From the NCBI GenBank assembly GCA_013239625.1, contig MU053810.1, forward strand, positions 1,249,320-1,313,319: a stretch of DNA of 64,000 nucleotides, in the 5' to 3' direction. Made by a program: the position numbers and the translations under genes. Shown piece after piece: positions 38,430 through 53,010 of the stretch (position 1 is the stretch's first letter; each line of letters opens with the position of its first letter). Origin of the DNA: Lama guanicoe. Lineage: Eukaryota. The notes under the pieces are model-generated. The model saw only the letters and a program-made list of their open reading frames with translations, did no database searches and was not told the origin of the DNA.

Positions 38430-39070
38430 TAATATCCACTGAGGGAGGAGGTGTGGAGAAACAGCTATTCATTGCTATTAGTGTGCAATTATAAAGAGCA
38501 TTTTGGAAATTAAAAGCTTTATAATTTTTATATCATTTACTGAAACATTCCACATCTATAAATATATTATAAGGAAATAAAGATAGACATGCACCATGTT
38601 TTATTTATAAGGTTCTTCCTCTCACTATTATATATAATAAGAAATACTTGAAACCACCTGAATGTCAAATATTAAGAACTGATAAAAGATAGTATGTTCA
38701 CTCTTACAGTGAAATACTATGGAGAAATTAATTCTGTAAATGAATAATTAGTGATAAAAATAAGTATTTATGATTCATTAATAACCAAAGTAGATATTAA
38801 GAAATACAGATTCTAGAATAGCATTTAAAAATATATCTGATTTTGCATGTGTCAACACATACTAATATCTATACATCTTAATCTATGTAAATATCTGTGT
38901 GTGTGCATATACGTATAATAGAAAGAAATATACAGAAGGCTGTACATTTAAATGATGAGTAATTATCTCAAGGTGGGGGGACGAAAAGATTTTTTTCATC
39001 ACGTTTATGTTCATTTGTTTTATAATTTTTTTCTACATTAAACATTTTCTATCTTTCTAAAAAGAAATAA
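38430..39070 (+). mobile_element. Old L1ME-like 3' region
   Basis: ggtgtggagaaacagctattca...cttgaaaccacctgaatgtcaaata...cagtgaaatactatg. Confidence 0.55.
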
Positions 39071-39389
39071 ATGTATCTTTCTAAAGGGTCTGCATATTTG
39101 AAAACGCTGAAAGATGCTGCTCTGGGATGTGCCATAAACAGGTGCCTTCTGGAGTTAGTAAATAGCAAGTGTGATTCTGGAGCATGTGGTAGACAATAAT
39201 TGGGCTCATCTGAAACTGTTTCTTACGTTGACTCCATAAATCCTGAGAAAGGACATGGCAAAGAAAGAATCTCACATGCCGTTTCATGATGGAAGGTCTG
39301 TGGGGCAGGAAAAATAACAAGGCGGTCCTAAAAGAGATTTCCACTTGCAGATTGAGCTATAATGCTTTCTTGTCAGCACAAATTTTATG

Positions 39390-39955
39390 AAATTGTATTA
39401 AGTGCTGTGCATTCCTTGTCCACCTGTGCTCTGTTCTCTATCCCAGAGAACTACACTTCCCAGACTCCTCTGCTGTCGGCATAACTGAGTAAGTTTGGCC
39501 AAATGAAGGCACTGGCCAAAGATCTGAGGGCAGGAAGAGAAGACAAGCCTTCCTCCTGTCTCTGTCTCTGTCTCTGTCTCTGTCTCTCCCTCTCCCTCTC
39601 TCTCTCTCTCACTCACTCTGTCTCTCTCTCTCTGGGGCTGAGTTTGTACCACAGGTCACCTGTGACTCAGTTTCCCCTAGACAAGCCCTGCCTTCTTAGC
39701 TCTAGCTCCCACCAGGGTTGCCTGCCAAATGCCATCTTCCTGCAGCAACTCAACTTCAGTATTCCTCCCTTTGATGCTCTGGTTTTAGGGGAAGAAACAT
39801 CTTCCTGTAGATACTAGTCTATCGGTTGCCTCATAATTTCTTCGGTGGTTTCTCATCTCTTCCATGCCTGTTGTACCAATTCCCTGTATTAGATTTCCTC
39901 AATTTGAAATATGTTCCAGTAGTTTGCATTGTCTACCTTGGCCCTGTCTAAGTGC
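39390..39955 (+). mobile_element. ERVL LTR (LTR33-like) containing a (TCTCTG)/(TC)n repeat at ~39556-39632
   Basis: actacacttcccagactcctctgc...ttggccaaatgaaggcactggcc...ttgtaccaattccctgtattagatttcctcaatttgaaata. Confidence 0.6.
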
Positions 39956-40009
39956 CCACGCCAAAGAAAACACAAACCTTTTGAAGACATTAACTGGTAA
40001 AACAATGAA

Positions 40010-40930
40010 AATTTTTGAGTGAGCACTAGTTAATTTAAACTTGTCCTCCTTATTTTAACGTATTAAAAACTTACCATCTAGTACGGGAAGATTGAAAAAA
40101 AAAAGACACAAATATGACAATTTCAAGTTGTGATACAGTACTCTGGAGCATCAGTTTACTGTGATGAGGAATTACTCATGTGAATTTAGATTGGAAAAAC
40201 CAGAAGGATCTATCCTTGTGATTAACTGGACTAAGAATGTTTGGGGAAAGGGAACAAGTTAATGACAAAGCTTAAAGGTGTAAGAGACTTGAAAGCCAGT
40301 ATAGCAAAGAAGAGAGAGAGAGAGAGATCAAACAGATGGGTAAGAACCAACTCATGTAGGGCCTTGTAGGGATAGTAAGGAGATGCGATTTTATTCTAAG
40401 AAGCATGAGAAGTCACTGGAGAGTGAGTGTCTTAGTCAGCTTGGGCTGCTATAATAAATTACATGGGCTAGGTGGCTCAAACAACAGAAATTTATTTCTT
40501 GCAGTTCTGGAGGCCGAGAAGTTCAAGATCGAGGTTAAGGGCCAGTTTGGTACCCGTTGTGGACCCTCTTTTTGGTTTGCAGATGGCTGGCTTTTCACTG
40601 TGTGCTCACCTGGCAGAAAGATCATCTCTCTTGTGTTTCTTCTTATAAGGACGCTAATCTCATTCATGGGGGCTCCACCCTCATGACCTGATTACCTCCC
40701 AAAGACCCCTCCTCCAAAACCCAAACCATTGGGAATTAGGACTTCAGTATACAAATTGGTGGGGAGGGGACATATTCAGCCCACAGCAGAGAGTATTAAA
40801 TTGTGGAATAATAACACCTCATTTGAAAATTTAGAAGATCTGTCTGGTTGCTATGTGGAAAAGGAAAAGGGGCTTCGAAGATGATTTTTAGGAGTCCCCA
40901 GCAGAAAACATATGTCTTGGTTTAAAGTGG
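40010..40930 (-). mobile_element. L2 fragment interrupted by MLT1A
   Basis: catgtagggccttgtagggatagtaaggagatgcgattttattctaag...gaagtcactggagag | resumes tttagaagatctgtctggttgctatgtggaa. Confidence 0.65.
40428..40788 (-). mobile_element. MaLR LTR (MLT1A-like), solo
   Basis: tgtcttagtcagcttgggctgctataa...cagttctggaggccgagaagttcaagatc...cattcatgggggctccaccctcatgacc...attcagcccacagca. Near-TSD gtgag/gagag. Confidence 0.88.
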
Positions 40931-42074
40931 AGTGTAAGGATAAACTGGAAAGCCATTGCTACAAACAAGGAGTAATACTTAGATCTTCACTGGCAGTAAG
41001 ATTATTTTTTAAACAAAACACACTTTAATTTTATTAGTATTAGTGAAGGGATCATATAAAACTCATGCAGTCAAGGAAGACTTGCATAGTGGATAAGAGC
41101 AAAATGAAGTTCCATTATGGGATCTCTCTTTCTTTCTTGGGATAAAAAGCCACACAATTCAGATTTATCTCAGCCTGCAAAGTAGAGAGCTGCAAAATGA
41201 AGGAAACGTTTTATAGGAACTGGGAAACCTGATAGTGAAGGAATGATACTCAGGATAATGTTCAGAACAGTGAGATGTCTGTGCAGACATCAGTATCCTT
41301 TAATTCAAAGGCTCAGGAGTTATGACTGATGCTAACGAATACTTTATTTCTAGGTCAGTTTCTTTCTATCTTTCAGTTACCTCCCTATCTATAAAACTAA
41401 AAGCACTCTTTAAAATAGTGCCGGTCATTTTCTGATCCACATTACCAAAAGAGCCTTAAGTGAAACCAAATTAATTTCCCATGAGATTATTTAGTTCACG
41501 AAGTTCGGCTTCCTAGCTTCTGGCTTGCTCTGATATTTAATGCAAGCTCAGGTGAGTTATTTCATGTCTATGAAAAGAGGTAAAATTTGGCCCAGGATAA
41601 GAGAATTTCTCTATAAATGACTAATATCCTTTTATTACTCCAAACTCATTTTTTTTAAAGACACGAAAAGGAAGTGAACTTTTATAATTAATACTTTTCA
41701 TAACACTTTTTGTAATTTATAGGAATTTCTAATCGTTCAGGGGAAAAAAAATGAACTACTTCCTAAAACTTCCTTCAGTGATAACAAATGAGTTAATATA
41801 TCTCAGTGGGCTTCTAGAAGCCTTTTGTTCACATTCAGAACAGTTAGCCTACCACATTGAAATGATCTTTGTCTTAGAGTTGAGTTTTAGGGCTAAATGA
41901 TTTCTGCTAAAACCTTTGGAATGCAGCCCGTAACTGTTCCATTCAGGAAGCCATTATTGTCGTGGCCCCCAGGCTTGTGAATTTAGCTTTGTTTTGTTTT
42001 AATGTGATATTTAGGAAGACAGTAAGAGCAGAGGGGGGAAAAAAAGCTGAAAATAATATCAGAGGATTACCGAA

Positions 42075-42285
42075 GTCCTTTATACATATTGGTTGATCTA
42101 ATCCTCACACCATCCAATAAGACAAGTCATGACCTTACGTACATTTTCACAGATAAGGCGAATGAGATAAAGAAAGCCCCAGGAAATTGCTCAAGGTCAT
42201 AGAGCTGTTTAAGAGCTGGCAGGCCACCCTGTCCCCAGACCCGCCGGCTCCAGCCTGTTCTTTTAATTACTGTGCTTTACTGCCT
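42075..42285 (-). mobile_element. MIR
   Basis: ctaatcctcacaccatcc...cattttcacagataaggcgaatgag...attgctcaaggtcatagagctgtttaag. Confidence 0.7.
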
Positions 42286-44749
42286 TCCAGAACTAGATGG
42301 GTTTTTCTAAATGGCATATTTTATTTTCCATATTTTTATTATTCAAAATCATCTTGTATTTTCTATCAATAGTTCCTGAAGTCTGGTTCTCTAAAAGGCA
42401 CTTTGCATATTTTGCATTCTGCATATTGCACTTTTCAGTGTAAATCTGATTTGAATTACAAATTTCACAAAAACAACAGAAAATGGTGTAATGTTATTTA
42501 AGTAGTCCCCTGAGTGCACTCCCTAAACGTGTAGTGTGGGGGGGGGGTGCTGCAGGGTTTTGCTTTTCCTGTAATTGTTGCTCTGCTTTTGATGATTAAC
42601 TTTTGAATGAGCCATTCAAGGTTAAGAGCCGCCAAGACTACCTCCTCTTTTTCAAACTGACTGAGGCCTCCTCTGGTCAGTTTCAGTCCTCTTGGGTTTG
42701 TCATTACACCAGTAGGTGTCTTCTTAGAAGAGTTGGACGTTCCGGGGGTCACCCAGGATAATGCAGGGAGAAATTCTGTGTATTCCCTGTGATGCTCCCA
42801 GAACCATGAACTTCAGGATAAGAAATCCGGCAGAGAAGGAAAAAGAGTCTCACTTCAGTTCAGCCTTGTTTCTTACATGCACGATGAGCTTGGGCCCTCT
42901 GGGGTATGGTGAGAGTCACCGTGCACCAGCAGTGAGGCCCAGGTAGTCTGAGATATTCTGGAGAGGATATCTGATACACCGATCAGCAACTGCCCGCATC
43001 ACCCATAGATAATAATATAATCAGAAATAATTGACTAATGAATCAATGAAATAGTGTGCATAAACAGCTCCTAGTAATAAAGGCGGTGCCTTTTAGATTT
43101 ACATTCAGTGAATCAGGGCACTACGTTAGCACTTAGGGCAATAAAGTAATAACTTACAAAATGATAACCTGTGTTAATGACTTGCCCCCAAGGCTCTGGA
43201 TATTTCCATGAGATATTATCACGGAGACGAGGCCCCCTGGCCCATTTCTTAATTATCACCACTGCTGCAGAAATTCTTCTGGTCATACGTTGAGTAAAAA
43301 GAGAAATGAGAAAAATGTTGTTTCAAAACGGAAAAAAAATATATTCAGAAAAGTTGACTGTGTATTTGTATTTATCAAAATATGTACTCAAGATTAAATA
43401 GGTACTAGTTTGTATGGCCTATGCTTAAGGCACTTTACAAATTAGATTTTTTGTTTAATCCTTTTCTTTCTTATTAATGCTGAATTTAAAAACGTGTTTG
43501 TATGATGCTACATTTTATGAAAGATGCTGAGAGGTGCTCTCAGAATTCTGTCTCTAATTTTATTTTTTTTAAAGTGCATTTTTACTGATGTTCAGACTAA
43601 CCAGTTCTCTCTCATTCCTGTTGCGTGCTGAGCATCATGGTCATTATTTCCACAAGTGGTGGAACACCGCTTATTAAAGGCAGCTTTTGATAATACCGTT
43701 AGACAGTGTTTAAGAGAGGGAACAATCATATGCAAACATCCGCAGGCATAAGTGGTAGAAAGCATGAGGAGGAGTCGTTGAGCATGCTTAGAGAATTTCT
43801 GCCGAACAGACTCGCTGAAGCTCTGGATTATACCAGACATTTGTTTTAAGCAGAAACATGACTGGTAGTGTACTAGGGATTTGTTCTCAAGGTGTTACTC
43901 CCACCGGTGTGTTGTGATCATTTGTATGATATGACACAGGTGCTATGCAAGAACAATAGTTAAAATGAACCAAAGCATTTCTGTTGTTGTCGTTGTTGAT
44001 TTCCTCCCTTGTTGAGAGTAGATTCAAGATTCTCCCTATGTGGTATCAGTATCCCATATTTAATCTGACAGGTCTTATGGAATAGAAGAGGAAGGTAAGG
44101 TTGTATCTGGTGAGCCAGGCAGTTTGCATGACACTAAGGACCCTGTAATAGGAGATGCCTAGCAGAGCGTATCGAACACAACATATCATCCATCACATCT
44201 TGAGCATCGTGGGCTTGTGTTAACAGCTTAGCAACGGTGGGCGCACACCTTGACAGCAAAGATACTTGGATAACACAGGTAGAGAAAACTATGCTGATGT
44301 GTGCTGTGTATCTTTTATTGTAGATAATAGCAAAAAAAACCTCAGGATGGCAAAAACGTTGCCATGAGTTGCTCTTAAAGTATACATACATTCGCTGGCT
44401 GGGAAGGCACTACATTAAATGCAAAAGTTGATAGTCAGGTGAAGGAGCTAATCGAATATGACCTTCAAATTACACTTTCCCTTTAGAGTATAATAACAGC
44501 AGAAAAAGAAAAGTGACCTCAAGTTGAAGAGTTATGCTGCCAAAAATTAAAATCAAGTCACAGTTTCAAGACAGAGACATGGGAATTTGCAAAAGAAGGT
44601 ATTTCTTACACCTGCCTGCAAGCAGCCCAGGTGCAAAGTCACCTTGAGAGAGAACCGAAAGTCAGATTTGCTTAGAAGTCTGGGTCCCAAGCTGAGTATG
44701 AATTCTTAAATAAAAAAATTAACATATTCATAGTTAAAGCAACTTTCCT

Positions 44750-46215
44750 GTTACATTTTTGTTTTGTGAAACCTGTCAGTCTCTATCTTCCTTGTAGAGT
44801 CTGACTTTAAGGCTTTACCTAGAAAGCCCTTTCGTGTCATAAAATTACAAATTATTCTCATTTGTTTGTTATTATATAATTCTGATTTGTGTGTATAACA
44901 GACGAATCCACTTATAGTTCATTTTGTGTGTATATGGTGAGAAGTTAGAAACTCATGATTTGCTTTCCAAAGAGCAAGAGGATTTCTCCAATACCATTGA
45001 TTCAATACTGTCCTCCCCCTGTTGATTTGACCTGCTTTCATTATCATATATTAAATCTAAATAGACGTTTGTAGATTTTCTATAGATGTATGAAAGAACG
45101 ACTCTTTCTTAGATACAAAGATCGATGCATAGAGTGATCATAGAAACAGAGATTAAACCTTAACCTCTATGTCCTTACTGTTATCTACTCTCATCTGTAT
45201 CGACTCCACGATTCAGTTCTTCTCTGGGGGCTTTATTTTAGCAATCTTTTTTTTAATTTCTAAAAACTCTGAATGCTTCTTTTTTTCATATTAGTTCTAT
45301 TTTATAGATACGATGGCCACTCCAGTCTCTTGAGGGACTTAGTTCTATTTCTTTATTTATTTCCTCATTTATTCTATTAGCAGTTGTTCTCCTGGTGTTC
45401 AGTGTTCTGTTCAATTTAATGTCTCTCTCTTAGAATTTTCTTCTTCTGGTTCCTCACTGTTGGTTTTCTTCTACAGTATGAGGATGAGTCTAGATTGGGT
45501 AATATTAGTAAACTTTTTTTTGCATCAGACCAAGTGAGCAATTTCATTTCCCAAGCAGTGAACCCACGTTCTGATTGAAGATCTCAGGTTTTGTTGCCCT
45601 GGTGCAAAGGAGGAGCTGCAGTTTCTGGTGGACTTACGTTTCTGATGTACTGGTAGCTTGTTTATTTGGTGAGGGAGGTACAAATATTTCAGGGCAGTCG
45701 CAAGGCCAGCACCTCACTTCTCTGGTTTCAGTGCCCATTTGTGAAAACTCCTGTGTCAGATTTCCCACTCCAGCAATATTTACCCCCCATGTGTGTCCTG
45801 GGTACGCATGTTAGTATCAGCAACTTCCAGCACACGGGACTGACCTGGCTTTATATGGAGGTCTTTGATTAACTATGAACTAGTGGGACACATGCAAGCT
45901 CTTTTATGCTGTCTTTATGCTCTTTGAGTTATTCCAGAATTCTGCTGGTAAACAGTCACTTTTTTTGATTGGTCTTTGTTTCACCTGTGGGTATTTGCAA
46001 GTTCCTCCATTTTATTTATGTAATTTTAACCAACAGTTTCCATTTGGTTTAAAACTTCCAGGAAGTCTTTACTATTCTTGGATGTTGGTAGCTGTGCTCC
46101 TAATTTTCCAGTACTTCTGTGGATTTCTTTCACTATTTTTCCTGTCTTGCAGTGGAACATTCTTGAGGCTTATAGGTAAACATGCGTTTTCAGTTAGCCA
46201 TCGGAACCAGAAACC
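44750..46215 (-). mobile_element. Highly decayed L1ME/HAL1-like fragments
   Basis: attttgtgtgtatatggtgagaag...ccaataccattgattcaata (antisense ORF2-like); terminal cagttagccatcggaaccagaaacc is like an L1 5' end. Confidence 0.4.
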
Positions 46216-46984
46216 ATTTTTCCAAACATTTACAATTTTGCAGACTACGTTAAGAGAAAAGTCAATTAAATGACAATTTCATTTTGTTTTCTGTTTGCTG
46301 TTTTGCAGTTTAAAATTTCCTTCATTTTGAGGGAATATGTCTTGAAGACATTTTGAAGGTAGTCTGTACAGTGATACTATCCTTTAGGAGAAAAAAAACA
46401 TGGAGGTATCCGGCTAACATTGACTGCCTCACAGGTCATTCTGCTATTAAGAGACAGTTGATTGGTGCTTTATTTCCAATTACTCTTAAATAGTCTGTCT
46501 CTTTCAAAGAATGTGAGGTTAATGTTATAGAGCTAAATACAAATCAGCCATTTCAGTTTCCACAGGCATAGTAGCTGTAATTTTCTCAACTCTTCCTCGT
46601 CTGAGATAGCCAATGATGTTTATTGCAAACGAGTGATGTTCAGGAAAGGAAATCGACTGGAAACCTATGTCCTGGACCCAGCTTTTTAAGTTACTAATGA
46701 CTGGAAACTTGGAGAATTTCTGAAGCTCTCTGGTTCTTATTCCTCTTATTTGCAAGGACCCTAGCAATGCATTTATAAAAATAAAACATCAGAAAAACCT
46801 GAAGTTGCTCCTTGAAATCATTTTTTTAAGTCCCCGGAATGTGTCAGCTCTTTGTGATGAAACTGCCTCGTTAACGTTCTTAATTACATGACTCATCCTA
46901 TTATATTAACTTTTTCCAAAATAGATGACATATGATACGTAATAGCAAGCACGTGAATAATCCTAAAAAGGAAATGTGTTAGTG

Positions 46985-47190
46985 TTGGTACTTACTTTAT
47001 ATACATTATTTTACTTTAAACCTAATAACAAGCCTATCACGAAGATACCACTATTTCTTCCATTTAGCAGAAGAGGAATCAGTTTTAGAAGATTACCTAA
47101 TTAAGCCAAAAGTATCCAATTAGTATTAGCAGAGGCAGGATTAGAATCTGGGTCCTAGCCCCTGGCCATAACATAATTCTTTACCACCAA
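46985..47190 (-). mobile_element. MIR
   Basis: tttaaacctaataacaagcctat...ccatttagcagaagaggaatc...agcagaggcaggattagaatctggg. Confidence 0.6.
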
Positions 47191-47829
47191 TAGTCACCAA
47201 CCAACTTGGCTAGTCCTTATATTTTAACAGGGGTTTGATGTGAATGAACTCATTTAATTTGCTTGGAGATGTTACACAGCAAACTGGGATTCTCTCTCTC
47301 CCATCTCAAGTGAAAAAGGCAAAGAAAAAAGAGTGATCTGTTTCTCCAGCTTTAAAGACAGAGCTGAACTGTAGATAGTTCATCAATCCTAATTCTGATT
47401 GTTCCAAGCCTTTATTAATATTCACTCATTCCTCTACTTGCGTATGGTGATTTTTTTTAATTTTAAGATACCATAACTTATTTATAATTCACTGACTTCG
47501 AAAATTTAAAGAAAATTGTGGTGATGTTTTAGAGTGAACAAGTAACCATTTGTAAAAATAGTGATTAGAGCATTGTTAGCTCTCTCCACAGTTCCTGAAT
47601 AATCCTGACTTTTCTAAGTAGATACATTCCTTTATCAGTAGATACATGTCTTTACCAAACAAAATGGTGAATTTGCTAAGGCAGAATTTGGGCAGTGAGA
47701 AACATGAGATGCAACATTCACTTCCATCACTGACCAGGGAGTCACTTGATCTCAGTCCCCTGTGAAGTATTTGACTAGAAGATCTCCAAGATCCTCTCTA
47801 ACCTCAAAGTTCTTAAATCTTTAACTTTT

Positions 47830-48320
47830 CCATTCTTTAGCAAATGTTTACTGAGACCCTATTATGTACTTGGCAGTGTTCTGGGCATACAGAAATATAC
47901 AAAACAGACAACCCCCTGCTCTCATAGAAATTATGTTATAATCAAACAAGAAATGTCATCAGTGTGTAAGCTTGGGTAGTCTTTTTAGAGACTCTGTGAC
48001 AAAGGAGAGCAGTATAAGAGGTTTGTTGGAACTGGGTGTGGTCAGAGCGGGCTGCATCAAGAATGTAAACTTCAGCAAACTCTTGAAGGAGCTCAGGTTG
48101 TGAGCCATGCAGGTACAGGGGCCAAAGTGGGAGGGTACTTCAGACAGGAAAACCAGTGCCAAGACCCAAGTCAGGAGCATTCTCGGTATTTAGGAGGACT
48201 GGCAAGGGAGCCTTGTGGCCAGAGCAAAGAGAGGGAGAGATTAAAAAGTCACAGAGGAAAGGGGAGAAAAGAGAGACCTTGAAGACACTTTTATACCATT
48301 TTTAGGACATTCCTATTATC
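47830..48320 (-). mobile_element. L2 3' end
   Basis: cattctttagcaaatgtttactgagaccctattatgtacttggcagtgttctgggc...aaaacagacaaccccctgctctcataga. Confidence 0.75.
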
Positions 48321-48751
48321 TTGGTTGTGGTACCCAGTTCTAGAAACTTGCTTACTGAGTTACTTTAGTGCCTCCTTTGACAGCTTAATAAGCCTGGTAC
48401 TTTGATCATTCTTGCCTCTGATCGGGCAAAGATGTTTGGTCTCTAAAGAGGGAGTTGGGGAAAGTAGTTGATGTTGGCAAGGTAAGAGATAATGTACCAC
48501 CTGACTGTTTTAAAAGTCCTAAATTGGAACTGGAAGTGTGATGGAAAGAGGGTAGGGAGAACAGAGAGTGAGTAAATGTGTTTAGAGGACCAAGTGACTG
48601 AATAATTGCTTTAATTGGCATTGAAAAGAGTGAGGCAATTAATTGAGTTTTTCCAACTAAATAGGGAATTGAGTAGATCAAAGCAAATGAGGGAAATTCC
48701 ACACTAGCTCTTTCATTCTGTAATGTGTATACGTTGGGTTTTTTAAGAATA

Positions 48752-50140
48752 ATTTTTAAATTAATGGACATCATCTTTTTGAGCAGTTTTAGGTTTACAA
48801 AAAAATTGAGCAAGGATGCTCAGATAGTTCCTGGATCTCTCCCCTCAAGCCAAGTTTTCACTGTTATTAACATCTTGCATTGCTGTGGTGTGTTTGTTAC
48901 AGTGGATGAGCCAGTGTCAGCTCTTTATTACTCACTAAAGCCCATAGTTTACATTCAGTTCAACTCTGTATGCTGTACATTCCATGGGTTTTCACAACTA
49001 TGTAATGGTGTGTACCCTTAGTTTCATACAGAATAGTTTCACAGCCCTAAAAAATCCCCTGTGCTCAACTTAACCCTCCCCTTACCTGGCCCTAACCCTG
49101 GAAACCACTGATCATTTTCACTGTGTCCACAGTTTTATTTTTTCCAGAAATTCCTATAGTTGAAATCATACAGTATGTAGCCATTTTTAGATGAGCTCCT
49201 TTCACTGAGAAATTTGCATTTAGGTTTCCTCCATGTCTTTTTGCAGATTGAGAGCTCATTTCTCTTTTATTAGCAAATAGGATTCCAATGTATACAAGTA
49301 CCACAGTCTTACCTATTCATCTACTGAAAAACCTGTTGGTTGTGTCCAAGTTTTGACAATTATAAATAAAGCTGTGATAAACATTCATGTGCAGGTTTTG
49401 TGTGAAAAGAGATTTTCACAACCTTTGGAAATAAGGGAAAAAAATCTTTGGGATGAAAAGGTGACCCAGAGACTGGAGAAACTATTTTAAAATATGTAAC
49501 TGAAAAAGGACTGTTAACCAAAATAAACAAAGAACTTTTAAAACTCAAAAATAGAGAAACAAGCAACCCAATTTAAAATACAAAAAATATCCTAACAGAT
49601 TCCTCACTAAAAAAGCAAACAACTGTGAGGTTTTTTTCCTCCCTCTGCTTCTTTCAAGATTCTGTCTTTGTCTTTGACTCTCTGCAGTTTGTATATCATA
49701 CGCCCAGGTGTAGACAAATACCAATGTTGTTGATTATTCTGTTGGTGTTCTCAGAGCTCCCAGGAACTCTGGTTTGTTGTCTGCCATTAACTTTGGAAAA
49801 ATAGCATTTATTATCACTTTAAATACTTCTTCTGTTCTTTCCCTCTTTCTTCTACTGGTAATTCACCTGATGCATGTTACACCTTTTGTAACCATTCCAC
49901 AGTTCTTGGATGATCTGTTCCATTTTTTTGTTTGTTTTTTTCCCTTGCATTTCAGATTTGGAGGTTTCTGTTGACACGTTTTCAGGCTCACTGATTCTTA
50001 CCGCTGCTGTGTCCAGTCTGTTGATGAGCCCATCAAAGGCATGCTTCATTTCTGTTAGAGTGGTTTGGCTTTTTTAATTTTTTTTTAATTTTTAGCATTT
50101 CCTTTTGATTCATCCTTAGAGTTTCCATCTGTCTGTTTCC
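48752..50140 (-). mobile_element. L1MC-like element: 3' end (-), inverted ORF2 piece (+, ~49441-49615), ORF1 piece (-)
   Basis: ttttgagcagttttaggtttacaaaaaaattgagca (L1MC 3' terminus). Sense piece gactggagaaactatttt...aaagaactttt...aacccaattt. ORF 49852-50049(-) AFDGLINRLDTAAVRISEPE is an L1 ORF1p coiled-coil-like peptide. Confidence 0.8.
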
Positions 50141-51633
50141 TCTCACTGATGCATTTTACATACTAACTTTAATAAGCTAAATACTTAATGAAATGGATAA
50201 AATGTTTCTGATACCCACAAATGTCCATTCAGAGTCTCTAAATCAGCACTAGTGACCTGCCTTCAGTGTTTCGGGAATCTAGGAATTCTGACAAGTTGCA
50301 GGAGAGGAACTTCAGGAAAAGCTACCGACTGAGTTCTTTCAATTTTTGACCTGCACAACCTAGATACATGGATATTGTTGAAGTAGCCGGTTTCCACCAT
50401 CCATACTATTACGGAATTTAATCATTCTCTCTCATATTTTCTATTACCTCTTCATTATGTGTTGTTGAATGTTTTCCTCCAGAGGAATGTTCATTCTAAA
50501 TAAATGCTGAAGATTTGCTTTCTCAGATACTTGACATCAATTTAACTGGTTAACGTTACAATATTTATATTTAAATGGTGTATTATTTTATTTTGACTGT
50601 CTGTATTTTGATTTAGCAAGTTTCCCTTAAGTTTTTCCTGCCCTGCATTATAAGCTTAGATTATAATATCCCTTTGGAATATAATATATACTTGATTATA
50701 ATAAACTTCATTGTAATATACATTTATATATTCTTTGAATACCTTTTGTTTTTATAATGAAAATCATGAGAACAGTGATTGTTTTATAGCATATGATGGT
50801 GACAATTGTTATATTAATGGTGTGATATAACATATATATCATATCTATATATATAAGTATACATAACATCTAAGGAAATTGTAATTATAAAAGTTTGGTA
50901 CAAAAATATAGAAAAAATATCTTTTCAACACTTTTATTTTTTGTTTAAACAGATCTTTTTTGTAAAGCACTAGGGAATGACTGTTTTTGTTTTGTTTTGA
51001 ACTGTTTTTACTGTTTAAAAAATGATTAGAACTCATCGTGGTGGTTGGTTTCAAAACCAAGTCCATTTCTATTTCATTTCTTGTTTGTTGAACCTGCTAG
51101 TCCTTATACTTTAAAAAGTCCTGAACATTGATGGTAGTTAATTCAGGTCAATTTTCTGTCTGTCAGAATGTTAAATATTTGCTGCACATTACTTTGGTTT
51201 CTGAAATGACTTGTGTTACCCTCCTGTTCATTTATTATGAGGATTTCCTTTTTCTCCAGTAGTTAATGATAAAAAATTCTAATTGTACACCTCCTCCAGC
51301 TTTTTAGACACTTAAGATAGTTACAATCTGGGGCCATGTCCAGTTTGATACACAGAAACCAATTTGATAAAACTAAACAAATATCTAATTCATCAAAGAA
51401 AACATAGCAGTTATAGGCTCACTTATAACCTCAATTTGCCTAAGTGTCAGCTGGATCTTGCCCCCTATGTCATAGAGCAGATTCTACTGTCAAGGACACT
51501 TAAAATTATTATAATTGAGCTGTTGTGTTGCTAGACTCCATTCTTTCACCAACAACCTGGCTGCCCATATTCCTCAAACATCCAGACTATAAAGAGCTGA
51601 ATTCTTCTGTTTGTTTTTCTTCCCCATTATTAG

Positions 51634-51885
<252 letters not shown>

Positions 51886-52919
51886 TAAATTTAGAAGAAT
51901 TGGAAATTTTCATGTCCAGACCTATTCATACATTGTAGAAAAAGCAGGGTGTGTTGTGGGAGGTGAAGTTTTTCTGCTCAGGAAGTTTTACCACAGAATT
52001 TTCATGTCCTCTAGGCAACAAAATCACTTTGATGAAAGTTCTTTAAGAAACCTGGAGGAAATTCAATTCCATCAATACAGCTTTATTGTCTACATTTTTT
52101 TTTATTGCCAAAATTTCATAATGATTGCAGCAGGTAAAGATCCCTCTGGTCAGCCATCATTTTCCAGACTCTCTTTTCCACCCATGTTAGCCTTTCACTT
52201 TCCCTGGGCCATTTTCCTTATGTTTCTACTCTACAATTTAGAGCTCTTACTCTGTTGCACAAGCAAAAAAATATCTTGTCTTTAACTCTTTTTCTAAGAA
52301 ATCATCCCCTTAACTGAAATCTGAATTTCTGTTGCTTAAAATGCTTCCACTTAAGTGGCTGTTTGTTCTTTGGTAAAGGCTTCACATTTTCAACGTTAGA
52401 TGGTAGGGTCACTGCCTTTCAGACTACTCCAGGCCTCTTTCAGAATTTTGTTCTTACAGCCTTGCTCAAAAATGTCTTCTTTTAAAGCCACCTGGGTTCT
52501 TATTTTTCTCATAGTATTCCACTGGATCCTAAATCCTGGGCAATCTCAACTTTCAGGCGAATCAACCTATGTAAATCATTGACCTCTTAAATTCTAGTCC
52601 CTTTTAGAAATAGTTTTTCCTCATGAACCAGCTCCCATAGTTACATTCTGAACTTTATCATCTCCTCTGAAAATTTAGGATTGAAAATCTGATCTAATTA
52701 TCATGTTCTCTAGTGTTTGATCACTCCTCCTACATCTGTATTTCAACATAATAAGAAAAAAAATAATAATTCTAGGTTTGCAGTGTTTCCTGCTTTTTTC
52801 TATAAAGCAACCTCTTTTTACTTTTTTCCCTAATATTCTCAGATTTAATGATCTAACACCTCAGTTCCATTCTTAATCAACACTTTGAATTCTGCATCCT
52901 TTATTATTTCATTTTAACA

Positions 52920-53010
52920 TAAATTTGAGTCCTAATTATGTGCCAGGAACTCTGCTAAGTACTTTGCATGTAGTAGCACATTTATTTATCAGACCATCCC
53001 TGTAGGATAG
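52920..53010 (-). mobile_element. MIR fragment
   Basis: ttgagtcctaattatgtgccaggaactctgctaagtactttgcatgt. Confidence 0.65.

Noticed and set aside
39398..39817. ORFs with ER/ET- or LC/LS-repeat peptides
   Set aside because: These are translations of the (TCTCTG)/(TC)n microsatellite inside an LTR.
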